Source: Macrostomum lignano
Taxonomy: Eukaryota
NCBI GenBank assembly: GCA_002269645.1
Contig: NIVC01000992.1
Coordinates: 62,001-126,000 of the forward strand
Direction: 5' to 3'
DNA length: 64,000 nt
The translations under genes and the position numbers were made by a program. A model generated the notes under the pieces. It was given only the letters and a program-made list of their open reading frames with translations. It ran no database searches and was not told the origin of the DNA. This document shows positions 9,700-21,783 of this stretch, piece after piece. Every line of letters begins with the position of its first letter. Within the stretch, counting starts at the first letter, position 1.

Positions 9700-10362
9700 G
9701 GAGGACTGAGAACCATTTCTCAGTCCCCAAACGAGGCCTGAGAAATAGTTCTCAGTCCTGCTATAAACAGTTGTATTTAACAAATGTAAACCAACAACAG
9801 GAAGTTCAAATAGTAAGATTTAGAAGCGTCTTGTAAGCACTCACTCAAAAACGATTTCAACGGTGTTGGTGTTACCATTAAATGGCAGCATCCAATGCCA
9901 TTCTTGCATCCCTGCGTATTTGGTGGGATAGCAGCGTCCAGCTTCCCTTGTTTTTCGTCAGTCGAGAGCGTAGCGAATCGATCACTACCAGCAGCAGGAT
10001 TCGTTGCAGCGGATTCTTTACTTTCAAAATATCGTAGCACTAGATCTAAGTCGTCTTCCATGGTTCTATTATATATGCAAATGGATGGACTGCTCAGTGC
10101 TCCATCTAGGTAGACGATTTATAACACTTTAGCCAGTCAGTCACATAGCTTGTGCCATAGACTAACTGTACTGGATATTGATGCGTATTTTGCTTTCAGT
10201 AGGTTAAATATTTTCTCCTCCTTTTTCCAAATATGTCTATGGAAAAGAAAGTCCTCGGATGATATTCTCAAGGCATCGGCTTCGCCTCGGCCTGAGAAAT
10301 GCATCCTCGGACTTACTTTTCCATAGCCACACTGGGAAAAGGAGGAGAATGTATACTTAATT
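9700..10362 (-). mobile_element. Crypton-like (tyrosine recombinase transposon) remnant
   Basis: ORF 9777-10061 contains RFATLSTDEKQGKLDAAIPPNT, like the RF..LS.EE....IPKNT N-terminus of Crypton/DUF3504 proteins. It is flanked by short GGACTGAGAA-N4-TTCTCAGTCC palindromes and a long palindrome centred on GGCTTCGCCTCGG. Confidence 0.45.
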
Positions 10363-11076
10363 TAAAACGTCATCTGGAATTATTTTAACACGTGGTTTAA
10401 AGTGTGCATGCTTCAATCATAATTCAATAAGTATGCAATTTACAAATCATTGATTTCTGTCCTGGCTCCTGGAAAACTGAATGCAGATATGGGAAGAGCA
10501 GAAAAAAGTTTGAGGTGTTTTTTTCGTTGGTTTGCCGCACATTTTATGACTAAAACTTTCACTCATCAAAAGCGCTTTATGAGTCTTCATTTACTTTTTA
10601 TTCAATGTGAATCGTGAGATAAGGAAAGGAATTACCTAAGGCCAACATATACTATATTTTCCAGGAATCCACGCTTTTTCTCTCAGCCTCAGGGAATCTA
10701 ACAATCGCATTTAAATTTTCTGAAGGGTTGGAATTGTGTCATCATTATTTGCGTCGGCGCCGAAAAATGTTCCCAATTAGAGTAGAATACAAAAAACGCT
10801 TTATTTTAACCAAACAGCGTACATTTATTGATTAAAATGACTGACCATTTCAGTGTGACAATTTTCGGGGTTAGGTTCGGGGTCGGATCGGGTTTTTGGT
10901 CATGGGTTAGGGGTTCGAACCCCGAAAATATTGTCGTCCCGAACACCCCCTTACAAGCTAGTAATTTCGACTTTAGAAGGAGCTCCTACAAGTCCAAAAT
11001 TTCAAGTTCATCTTCAAAGAGTTGTTTAAGAGTAAAAAAACAAATTTATGTCAGTTCTATATAGTTGGATCACGTC

Positions 11077-11345
11077 TCAGTAGCCGTAGATCTCAACTTC
11101 GCTGAGAATAAGCAGATTGCTCTCATGCTGGTAGAGAACTCAAACAGCGCTACCTAAAGCGTTGCAGGTGAAGTTGGCGATGGAGAACGGCTCTGTCAGG
11201 TTCACTCGGTTGCACTCAACGCCATCAACCAGCAGGTTGAACTTTTTGAGCCATTCAGGATACATGATCCGGTTGTAGATGGTGATGTAGGCCACGAAAG
11301 CTGGAGCAGTCAGTCGCGCCTCCCACCATTCGTTGATGCCTGGGA
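11077..11345 (-). pseudogene. Fucolectin (FTP/F5-8 type C-like) domain fragment
   Basis: EWWEARL..VAYITIYNR..FNLLVDGVECN..FSIANFTC aligns by eye with the intact domain at 54215-54624. There is a stop at 11140, and a frameshifted LILSEVEIYGY* end follows. Confidence 0.7.
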
Positions 11346-11783
11346 TCTTCATTATTTATCAACTTATGAAATGTCTTTCTTGAAAAAGCGCGCGGATTGG
11401 CTGCGGGGGTTAACCAACCAATATTGCTCTGTCAGAAAGGATCAGGAAAAAGCTTCTCTAAAACCAAAAAGTTAGACGACGGGTCCACCACTTGATTAGA
11501 CGACTGTAAGTCAAAGTGCAATGGCTGATCATTAAAGGCAATTTGTTGATGCATTCGATCCACACTACGAGTATTATACATCAATCATTTTCGTGGGCAA
11601 TTCTGTCGGGACACGAATTGTTTTTACTTTTTGGAGCTTTTTATTCGTGGAGAAACGATGCGAAAGCGAGCAGGTGAGAGAGAGAGGGGGAGGGAGAGAA
11701 GGAGAGATAGATCAGGAGGGCACCTCCAATCTCAGGCACTGACTCGGTAAAAAGGACAGATGAAAGTCAGTTTAGTTAAATAT

Positions 11784-11820
11784 GCCGATATTTCGAATAT
11801 TGAATATTCTTCGTCAGAGC
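11784..11820 (-). ncRNA. Minimal type I hammerhead ribozyme motif (Penelope-like element type)
   Basis: Minus strand reads GCT-CTGACGA-A-GAATAT-TCA-ATATTC-GAAA-TA-TC-GGC: complete catalytic core, perfect stem II, palindromic ATAT stem III, AUC cleavage triplet and a 3-bp stem I. Confidence 0.65.
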
Positions 11821-12151
11821 GAGAGAGAGAGAGAGAGCGAGATATTTACGGTAAAGATATACCTTCGTCCGAGGAGTCCGAGTCCGAATCGAACATGTTG
11901 CCATGTGAATCGACATCTGATAGGTATAAGTGTGACAATTAAATCTTGCGGGACTACTCAAGCTTGTCGAAAATCAGGCGCTGCTTACTCTTCAAGAATC
12001 TATGTCTTTGAAACAAACCGATTGTACCTGGAACTTGTCATACTCGCTTGTCACTTGTCAAAAACTCATATAACAAAAATCGCTATTCACTATTCATTTG
12101 TCACACTAATTGTAACTCTGACAAGTGCTCTATGAAACACCCCCCTAAATG

Positions 12152-12290
12152 TGCCAGCGGCCCAGGCTCGATTCCAAGTGCAGTCACATTCATTTGGGGC
12201 TGAATTGGAATCTCGGCTTGGCTCTGCTCCCAAGGCACAGTGAAGTGTAAATGCCTAACGATAAACAAATTTAGGGCCACTGTACACTCC
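12152..12290 (+). mobile_element. tRNA-derived SINE (family B), 5'-truncated copy
   Basis: B-box-like GGCTCGATTCC followed by AAGTGCAGTC and the body CACAGTGAAGTGTA..TGCCTAACGATAAA, shared with the copies at 28821, 42200, 45867 and 56687. Confidence 0.7.
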
Positions 12291-12417
12291 TATATGTGAG
12301 TGTGTGCCTGTAGGGTCATAAATCACCAGATGACAGGGTATTAATCGGCCACCTGGTATGTGGCCTGCGAGTCTACTGTCACCAGATATCACACAGTATA
12401 ATTGACACAGTATGTAG

Positions 12418-12700
12418 TATTGATTGATTGATTGATTTATATTGCTTTATTGATATATTGATTGATGGATTGATTGATTGGTTGGTTGATTGATATTGAT
12501 TGATTGATTGATCCGTCACCCGGTCCGTCCCCCATAGGAAACCACGCGGTGTACTGCATTCTGTCAGATATGTCAGATGCGTTGGCGTACCTATAAGGGG
12601 CTCCTCCCTGCTGGAAATGACCATACCGAGAACTGGCTGACCCCTACGCGGCCGTAGTAACCAATGTTGAACACGTGGCTATATGGTCAGCTGAAACCAC
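12418..12700 (-). mobile_element. Probable 3' end of a retroposon with (ATCA)n tail
   Basis: GC-richer segment ending directly in an (ATTG)n tract at 12418-12512, which reads (ATCA)n on the minus strand. Confidence 0.3.
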
Positions 12701-13470
12701 TATACGCGCTCGTAAGCGTGGCTTCCACGCTTGTCCTCTCCATAACCGTTTGAATCGTCAAATGCGACAGTTTTGTTGTACAGGTCGCGCTGAGCTCTAG
12801 CTGTTACCAATTAATATATTACCTTCCTGTTAGTTGGGTGAGTTGATGTTAATTACTGCATGTCGGCGATGAAAGTCAGAGCAAGTACCGAGTCAACGTT
12901 TTATGGTTGAATACATGTACTAATTTAAGCTCATCGATATCGATCGGCTGTCTCAACATATTGAGCTCGTCAGCCGAATTGACCTTGCAGAGTCTTCCAT
13001 CGTTTCACGAAATTTTACACCGTCGGGCGTCGGATCGAGTGATGAGTTCCATTATAGGTTATAGCTTCTGCCAGTCACCTGATCAATTCTTGTAAAATTA
13101 TTCGGCAGAAATTTAAGCCGACTGCGGCCCATGTACTACAATACGGAAGTTTGTTTGACCGTTTGTACTGGGTGGCGGGATGCCTGCATGGACAGGCGCG
13201 TCGCTGTTCTACGGTTTCGTCGCTAGACGAATCGTTGTTGCGAACAGCACAGCGCATGCATGGTTACAATTCAATTTGCATGTGTACAAGTACACAGTAA
13301 TATTAGTCAAAACTCTACCGATAGAGGCAACTTCTCTCTCACCTCAACCAAGAATCAGAGGACGCACTTTTCTTAGCATATTAGCATTCTTAAATCAGTC
13401 ATTCTCATATAAAGGTACATATGTGTATGTATAGTACCTCATTAATTCTGTCATACAAAAAACTTTTTTC

Positions 13471-15617
13471 CATGGACAACTAGAGTAGAAGGACGCTACA
13501 CTCGCGAATCGTGTAAAATTGGCTGGAGGCCAAAATTCAAAAGTCAATATCTCTTGATTGGCTGCATGAAAACTAAAAATTCTTTCACTGGGTTGCTCAG
13601 AAATTTGTTGTCTCTAGTAAAAACGATTAATGCTCATCTTTGCTATTAATCGGCACTGAACATGTATGGAAAACTATGATCAGTCAGAAAATAATGCAGT
13701 CGAAAGTCAAAACAGACCCATTAGGCCACACAAGCCACAGCTCCCTTCTAGTAGATTCTTTTATCTTGTGCCATCAGTAAAATATCTGATGCATAATCAG
13801 CTTTTAAAAGCTGTATAAAAACAAGTGCGAATGTGTATATTATACTCGTAGGCTTTTACATAGATTTAAAGGCGAAAGTTTTCGGATATATCCAAGAGTT
13901 GGAAGCAATTGAGATAAATATAACAATACTCTACATGAATTGTATCAGAACTATATCAACAATGAAACAAACAATACTATAATTTTAAAGCAATAAGGCA
14001 ATAAAGATGAATGACTTCGATTGTCCATGCAGGTTCCCCAGTCACCACTATGCCAGGTAGCCAACTTGTCAGATAGTAGTATTTTCCAGTCACCAATTCT
14101 ATCAATGTCATTGAATTCAGGAAGCTCAGCTGCTAACTGACATCGTTGTAATGAAGTGAGATTTCGTTTCTCCACATTCCTTGATGACACATGAATGAAG
14201 TGTTTGATGAAGCCTATAAATAAACAAAAGAAATATGTAACTAAACAATCATAACTTCTACAAATTTACATTTAAATGTCTACCAAAGGGAACTTGGTGG
14301 ATACAAAAAAACAATGGTGGGTCAACTGGTTAGAAACAGTTGTTTACTTTAATAAGTGGTGTACCATCTGGCCAATGCTTTGAGCAAATACCCATATGCT
14401 TAGTGCCTAGGTTTTTTTGTGCGTAGAGTGTGCGTATGCACCTAAAATTTTAAAATTGCACCTTGAAATTGAAAAATTTGGTGCAGTTTAGGTGCAATCT
14501 TATAACCATTTTTAAGGCTTAACCATGCTTAAGCTCATTTACACTGCCTTAAAATATGAAATTAAATAACTCCTATGACCTACTAAGTCATATGGCCTAT
14601 ATGTTTATAGCTTTATATAAGACATGTCTATATATATTCCCAATTTTTTGAAACAAGAGAAGTTGCACTCTAAGCCTTAAAATTGCACCTTGAAATTTGG
14701 CACAAGGTGAGATTTCGCACCTTGTCTCGGGCGAAAAAAAATCCAAATTAGTGATAGTCTGAAAAGTACAATAAAAATTGAATAACTATATTAACTACAT
14801 TAGGGATATATATATAGATTCATCAATGACAATTGGCCATAAGACATTAAATGGTATATAAATATGATATTATCATAGGCCTACATAACTGATACATAAC
14901 TGATGTCATCAGTTACAATTCTAAGTAAATCAAACTTAAAGGTAATGATTATGTTGGGATGTCTGACATCTGAGTTAGAGTTTACATAGATAGCATAGAT
15001 ACAAATCAATAGTTTTCTATTATAAAACAATCATTTCAAATCAAAGTAAACAAAAATGAAAGCTACCCTATCTAAATATACGAAATCTCTAAGGTTGGGT
15101 TTGTATGCTTGAATGAATGAATATCCATAACACTCTAGATTGCAACTCTTGTAATATACTAAGTAGCTATATTGATCATAGGCTATAGGCATGAGATTTA
15201 AGATCTACTAGCTACAGATAGGATGTATAGACTGGCTTGGTCATTGTCCTGCAGACAATGACATGCAGACATGCAGAGCCTATTAATAATAGTAGGGAAT
15301 ACTATACTACTAGATAGGCCACAGGCCTACTAGAGTAGAGTATACCTTATAATTAGGCCTATAGTTATAATGTAAATGAAAAAATAGAATGCTACACTTT
15401 CGCGATGAAAGCCATATAAAATTCAACAAAGTAATAACTCTTTCAACTTATATCAAAATAAGAACTTCACTGCTTCTTGGAATCAAATTTAGCTGCCTAT
15501 TTCGCATGAAAAATAATATATTCTTCTATCTCGCTAGTGTATTTACGCGAAAATTTGGCCTCCAGCCCGATTTTCACGAAAGCCGAGTGTAGCGTCCTTC
15601 TACTCTAGTTGTCCATG
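13471..15617. mobile_element. Non-autonomous TIR DNA transposon, P-like (or hAT), 2.1 kb
   Basis: Perfect 34-bp TIR CATGGACAACTAGAGTAGAAGGACGCTACACTCG, extending imperfectly to about 70 bp. 8-bp TSD CTTTTTTC at 13463-13470 and 15618-15625. No recognisable transposase. Confidence 0.88.
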
Positions 15618-15993
15618 CTTTTTTCGCGGTGGTGATTTGATGAAAACGTTCAGATATTTTCCAGCACTCAAATACCAAGTGTAACAACCCCCGGTCTGCA
15701 ACAGGGCAGCGCAAGAGGTATCCCCAGAACGATGCGCGCCGTATAAAATCCTGCGGAAGAAGCTGCCAAGCGTGTCAGCAATGGCAGAGGCCTGGCGCAG
15801 CTTCATGTGTGGCATTTTCGGGGGATTTTCGTGCTGGATTCAGTGCCTTAAGAAATCCCAGACATTGTTCGATCGGGTTTATGCCTGGGACCCAGACGCT
15901 TCTAAGCCTCCGTTGCGTGGCGCAAGTTGCGTCACTTGTGTGCCAGAGGTGAGGTGAGAAAGAAGTCGCATGTCTCGCTAGCGGGTAGGGTAG

Positions 15994-18900
15994 GGGTGAT
16001 TCTCATCGAGAGGTTTCGGAGGTTTTGAGGTTTTTCAGAGGTTTCATTTCGAACAAATATTTTTGCACAAAATTTTTAATACCGTACAAAAATTGAAATC
16101 TTACTGAAATTTACTAATGAATACAAATTTTCTTTAGAAAATAGCTCGGAGGTTTTGGATTCTTTTTAATTTTGCTTCTGATAGGCACGCGCGGAAATTA
16201 TTTAACTGTTTTTATGCGAAGTGGTAGGGGGGTAGTTCTCAAATTAAGGTCATGATGTTTTGGTACAGAAAAAAAAGTTTTTGAATAAAGTAATTATTTT
16301 GCAAAAACGATTCTTTCGTCAATTTAATTAAAAAACTGCCGTTAAAACCACAAGAAACCAAATATTTAAGACGAAATCTAGCAATTTGTTATTTTTCGCA
16401 ACGGAAAATAAAACGACCAAAAATTGTGAAATAATGCAAGTTTTCTTTTATTTTTTTATAAATTAGATACATCTTTTATTCTATGTTTACTATTTAATAA
16501 GTATTATTTCAATAGAAAATGTTATTTTTAAATCAACATTTTGTTTTTTTCGTATAAATTGCTTGTATTTAAAATTATCGCGTAACAAGAAACACCCGAA
16601 ATAATTGATATTGTACCACTCAAGAATTTAATATTGTACTTAAACACCGAAATATGATGCTTAAAATATACAAAACTGGTTTAGCTAAAAATTAGGCTTG
16701 CAAAATATGTCTTTTAAAGCATTAAAAGTTTTTTTGAATTAGAATATATATAGTAAACGAGCTAGGAAGCCATTTCTTTTAAAACCTAAAATGCATGTAT
16801 CTTTTTTCGAACAGACTTGCGTTTTTTTTAAAAATAATTCAGCAAGCATTTATATTCTGCAACATAGCTTTAATACTATTTTACTATTTTACTATACTAT
16901 TTTCTTATGCTGCATAACTACTAAAAGAGCAGCTTATAAATTTAAATTAAATACTTTGGTCTTGGTAAGTTAATTAGCCTATTACAGACGTCTGACTCGG
17001 CAGCCACATGGATCACTGCAATTGCTCTGGCGAACCTCTGTAATCGATTCTGGCCCTGCACTAGCTGTCATGCTCGGTATACAATTCGTCTCATTTGATA
17101 AATTACGTCGATGCCTGCAGAACTAACCACATCCAAAGGACCACTGCACATCTTAGCATTGTGGCACATACAATGATGCTGGTGTTCTGGCAGAGAAACA
17201 GGTAAAAGTGCAGCAAATGGCATTACATATCCGTCCGAGAGGTGTGCAGTTTACAGTGCTTTAGCCAATTGGGTCAGTAGAATTAAATCGATCACATTAG
17301 AATAAAAGTAGATGTTCGCTGTACATGTAACAAACCAATAGCAAGACACTATTGGATGTCTTTCCCTTTTACTGATGCTCGTACATCAGCTGGCTGTCTC
17401 CACAGGCCACAGCTCATCGCATTCTCTGTTAACCGCCGCTTCAGTGCTGTCAGCCGCACTTAACTGTGTCTGGCCTCGGTATATAGAGTCAGTCCCAATG
17501 GAAAATCATCATCTAAAACATATCTAAAGCGTAATTGTCAATCGAAGAGTAATATAAAATATAGTATGTCTGTTATGGTACTGCCATGACTAATCTGTTA
17601 AACACTTCACAAATTCGTGTGGCAGCACTCTGTAGAGATTCCATCTTTCTGTACCATATTTAATATTACATTGCCAGCATCAATGGCAATTAAGTTTTTT
17701 CTTTTGTCTTTTTTCTTGTTAGTAGCTATATGCATCCAAAGGTGGAAAGTATCAACTGAATGTTTAAGTTGCTACATATATATCTTTAATGAATTGCAGA
17801 ACATATGAGAATGAATTTAATGTTTCAAAGAAATTAATTTTTTGTGCTTCAGACAGCTAATTTCATAGATAATAAATCAGATGCAAAATTGTTTTTATAC
17901 TATTTCTTGACTAATCAAATCATGCAACTTTTTTATTATTCGTTACTCTTATTTTCTTTTCAGTTTCTACTACCTCTTGTTTTGACTCATTATGTTTACT
18001 TGTAACTTACAATACAAATTTTAAATCAGTTAAAAAAATTGTGTGAAAACAACAAAAAACGACTGTTTTTAAGAGAAAAATAGTCAATTTTATCTACATA
18101 AATGAAATTCTGTTTGTTCTGACTAACATATTGGGTGATTAATAGCAAAAATTCATCTAAATACGAGCGTACATAAAAAACATCCAAAAAACCTAACAAT
18201 ATGCTGAGAAATTTTTTTTTCATAACTAGAGACAAAAAAGTGGTACTTTTTCTCATCCCACAGATGAGGACTTTAAATTAAAATAACTTTGGTGCTACTT
18301 GCTTTGTTGTAGTCAGCGAAATCTCTCTTTGTTAGGTTAATTTTGTGCTATTGAAAAAAACTTAAAATTGAATTTATTTAACTTTTCTTTTTTAATATAG
18401 AATGAAACTGCCTTAATTGATACTTTAGTGTTAGATATGACTATCTTTCTTAAAAAAACAGCAGAAAACGCAGCTATTAGCTTATTCTATCAACAGAACA
18501 AATTAATTAAAAGTGAATTTTTTAATCATTCATAATGTTACGTTTCTAGCAAAAATCGAAATAGCAACATCTGCTTTGCAATCGAAAGAGTTAAATGGGT
18601 TCTAGGTTGTGTTAACCAAAGTTATAAATAACATTTATCAATTTTCTTCTTTAATAAGACCACGTGAACAGAATGTAGCTTCTCTAAAGTGGGTATTATA
18701 GCTCGTGCGATAATAAAAATATATATCGAAAAATGAAATAGCGCACTCTGATGAGATTAACATCAAAAGTTCAATGTTAAAAAAGATTAAGACCCATGAG
18801 AGGCATATATTTTTTAAGTCCTTTTAGAGCTAAAATAAGAAAAGATTCAATATTTCAGGCTGATTTTCAAAAATATTTGTTTCACTGCTTACGACTAAAC

Positions 18901-21783
18901 TTTGAGAACGACCCAGGGTCCTTCTGACACATTTTATGCCATGCCATTTTCATTGCTTCCTTTTCATTTCACAAGCGCAAAGTTGCGAATAGTCACAAGT
19001 GTGTGTTGTTCTATTTCAATGCATATTCGTAACTATCCTAATTTCTACTTGACCTGTCCATGTAATTAAAAACAGACACTATTTACCAATACGAATTTTA
19101 GATTGTTTTTGACTTGGTCAAAAAAGCTATCAATTTTTAAGCCAGACTAACTAAATTAAGACTAACAAGACCAAGTCAGTATTTTTTTCATCAAGTCAGT
19201 ATCAGTCGCTATTTAATATAGATTGTTAGTCTAACTAACTAAAGGCCCTAAGTATTTTACTAGGCATCTATAATGTAAAATATAATTATTTTTTCACTTA
19301 TTTGATATTCTTTTTTATTTTACATCCATTATACTAAAACTTTTATTTTTCTATTTTCTATTATTTACTATTTTTACATCATCATCCTAAATCCGAACAC
19401 ACAATGCACATAAGATAAAAATTTATTACCTAAGCCAAGCCTCTAATACTAGTGAATAATTCTCTTCACAAAGCTTTAAAAATGGCAATTTTTTATTTTA
19501 CTGCTTTACCTCTACCTATAAAATTGAAAGCTCTAATGATCTGAAATTTTTATGCTTTTAATTTTAAATAGGCCTATAATTTGTTAATAGCTTTATATTC
19601 AGTCATAATTTAAGCTGATATAGTCGAGTACAATTTCTATTCCCTGAAGATGACTGCTTGTGTCGAAACGCGTTGGCTATTATAATAATTTATTATATGT
19701 TGGTGTTGGCCTTCATTTCTCTATTATTTTTTAAACGAGCATCACTACCAGCCCATTTCTATTACTCTTTTACATTAGTAACTTGCTTTAGTTTTTGTCT
19801 TTTTATGCAAATATTCAAAGTAAATAGTAGCTTGTACTTATGTATGCCTAGTCATCACATTTTTATTCAATTTTTAATTTACTTTATAAGTAAATTGTTT
19901 TAATATTAAACAAATATACTCTCTTATCATCCACAGTAGTTATCATGCCAATGAAATGCATGGTGCCAACCATGTTGGGGAGAAGGCTCTAAATATTTAG
20001 ATTTTCTTATGATGTTAAGTACTTACACTAGACCCATATACTAAAATAATATCATTAGTCTAAAATCTTCTAGTCTAAAGTCTAAAATCAAATATCTTAG
20101 TCTAAAATAAGACTAACATTGTATTTCTCAATCATGCCATCTTTCCAGAACCCATCAAACTATGGAAATTTGTACAAAGCAATGGCCTACTAAAATACCA
20201 TTGCTCATGATGATATGCTTCTAGAAGTCGCAGCGCAGTTGGCGCGATATGCTTTCGGCACGGCTCGACTTCAGCGTTTTTGCTTATCATTGCATCACTC
20301 GAGTCCCATTGTCCCATTTTTGGGCTTCCAGCATAAAAAATCAACTGTTTCGATAGTCTCAATTGGAGGCCATGAAAGGCAATGTCAGACATGCTGGTGC
20401 CAATCTTGGAGAGGAATTTGCAGCCCACCTGATTGCCCTGTGGGAATTGTGCCAAGGGAACTCACACCAATCATTTTTGTCCAGCAGCAGCAGCCGAGTG
20501 TTACTGATCCAAATGGAACTCACTACAACTGACATAATGCGACTGCCCGATTGCACTTTGCTGGCAGTAGCGGAAACCACGCACTGGAGAAGCATCGCCT
20601 ATGTTCCTCACCCTACAATATTGAGGTCTCGATCACGTCGGTGGTCTTGACGATGTAGGATACAGGCTCAGAATGCAGGCAGGAGACCAGGCAAGCGGTA
20701 GTTCAGGCATGGTATTGGCAGCTGAAACAAAGCATGTTGAAATAAAAGGTATTGATTACTTTCATCTATAACTTTTTATAAACAATCAATTTTAAAAGTC
20801 AATATGATTTGACATAATGATTTTCCTATACATTTATTCTTGCAATCTTTAAAGATGCCAATACATTTATATTGAAGAAATTATATTATTTTAAAATAAA
20901 CAATGCCAAAAATGTGTCCAATGACTTTTTAGTTTTAACTCTAGTAAATATATTGGTATCAGCTATCTAGTTTATTGCTCAACATAGATTTTTAGCATCA
21001 AACAAAGGTGGTGCAATACATGTGCAAAGTCTTACTGTAAGCATTTTGTTTGTATAAGAACTAACTCAAACATGTTAGAGCTTTTGTCAGCAGTAACAGT
21101 TGTGCAACTAGTGTTATTTATGAGAGAAAAGCTAATAGCTTTCAGTGATTGAAATTAATTTTATGATTAAAAGTAAAATGTTCGGCTTTAAGTAATTAAA
21201 AGTAAAATGCATACTTGTAATTCCAGGCCCTTAGATATTTATAAAAAAACATTGAGACAACAATAATTCTGCTATTTACTTCTGTGAGGTAGTATGTCTT
21301 AACATAACATAACATCACATCAATGTCATAACATAATTCGAATGCAAAATGGTATGCAGCAGCAGCAGCACTCAAAAGTAAAAACGGGAAACGGATGAAA
21401 CAGCTGTCTATATGTTTTCAGTATATTTCAAGCAGCGCCTTCAAGTCGAATATTTTTTATTTTATTTATGCACCTTGAATGTAAATGCCAATGGCAACGA
21501 TGACATTACCAGTGTGTTGTGTTGCGTAGTGTTTAAAAAACCACTTTCAAGCATGAAAATAGTTGCCTAAGTTAAATAATTTCCGCGCGTGCCTATTAAA
21601 AGCAAAACTAAAAAGAATCCAAAACCTCCAAGCTATTTTCTAAAGAAAATTTGTATTCATTAGTAAATTTCAGTAAGATTTCAATTTTTTTACAGTATTA
21701 AAGTTTTTGTGCAAAAATATTTGTTCGAAATGAAACCTCTGAAAAACCTCAAAACCTCCGAAACCTCTCGATGAGAATCACCC
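15994..21783. mobile_element. Mutator (MULE)-like element, 5.8 kb, no intact transposase
   Basis: About 220-bp TIRs beginning GGGTGATTCTCATCGAGAGG. 9-bp TSD GTAGGGTAG at 15985-15993 and 21784-21792. Confidence 0.88.
19642..19676 (+). ncRNA. Degenerate minimal hammerhead motif (Penelope-like type)
   Basis: CC-CTGAAGA-T-GAC-TGCTTGT-GTC-GAAA-CGCG-TT-GG: intact core and palindromic ACGCGT stem III, but only a 2-bp stem I. Confidence 0.45.

Noticed and set aside
18748-18790. Hammerhead-like CTGATGA followed by a hairpin
   Set aside because: No GAAA after the stem and no stem I/III.
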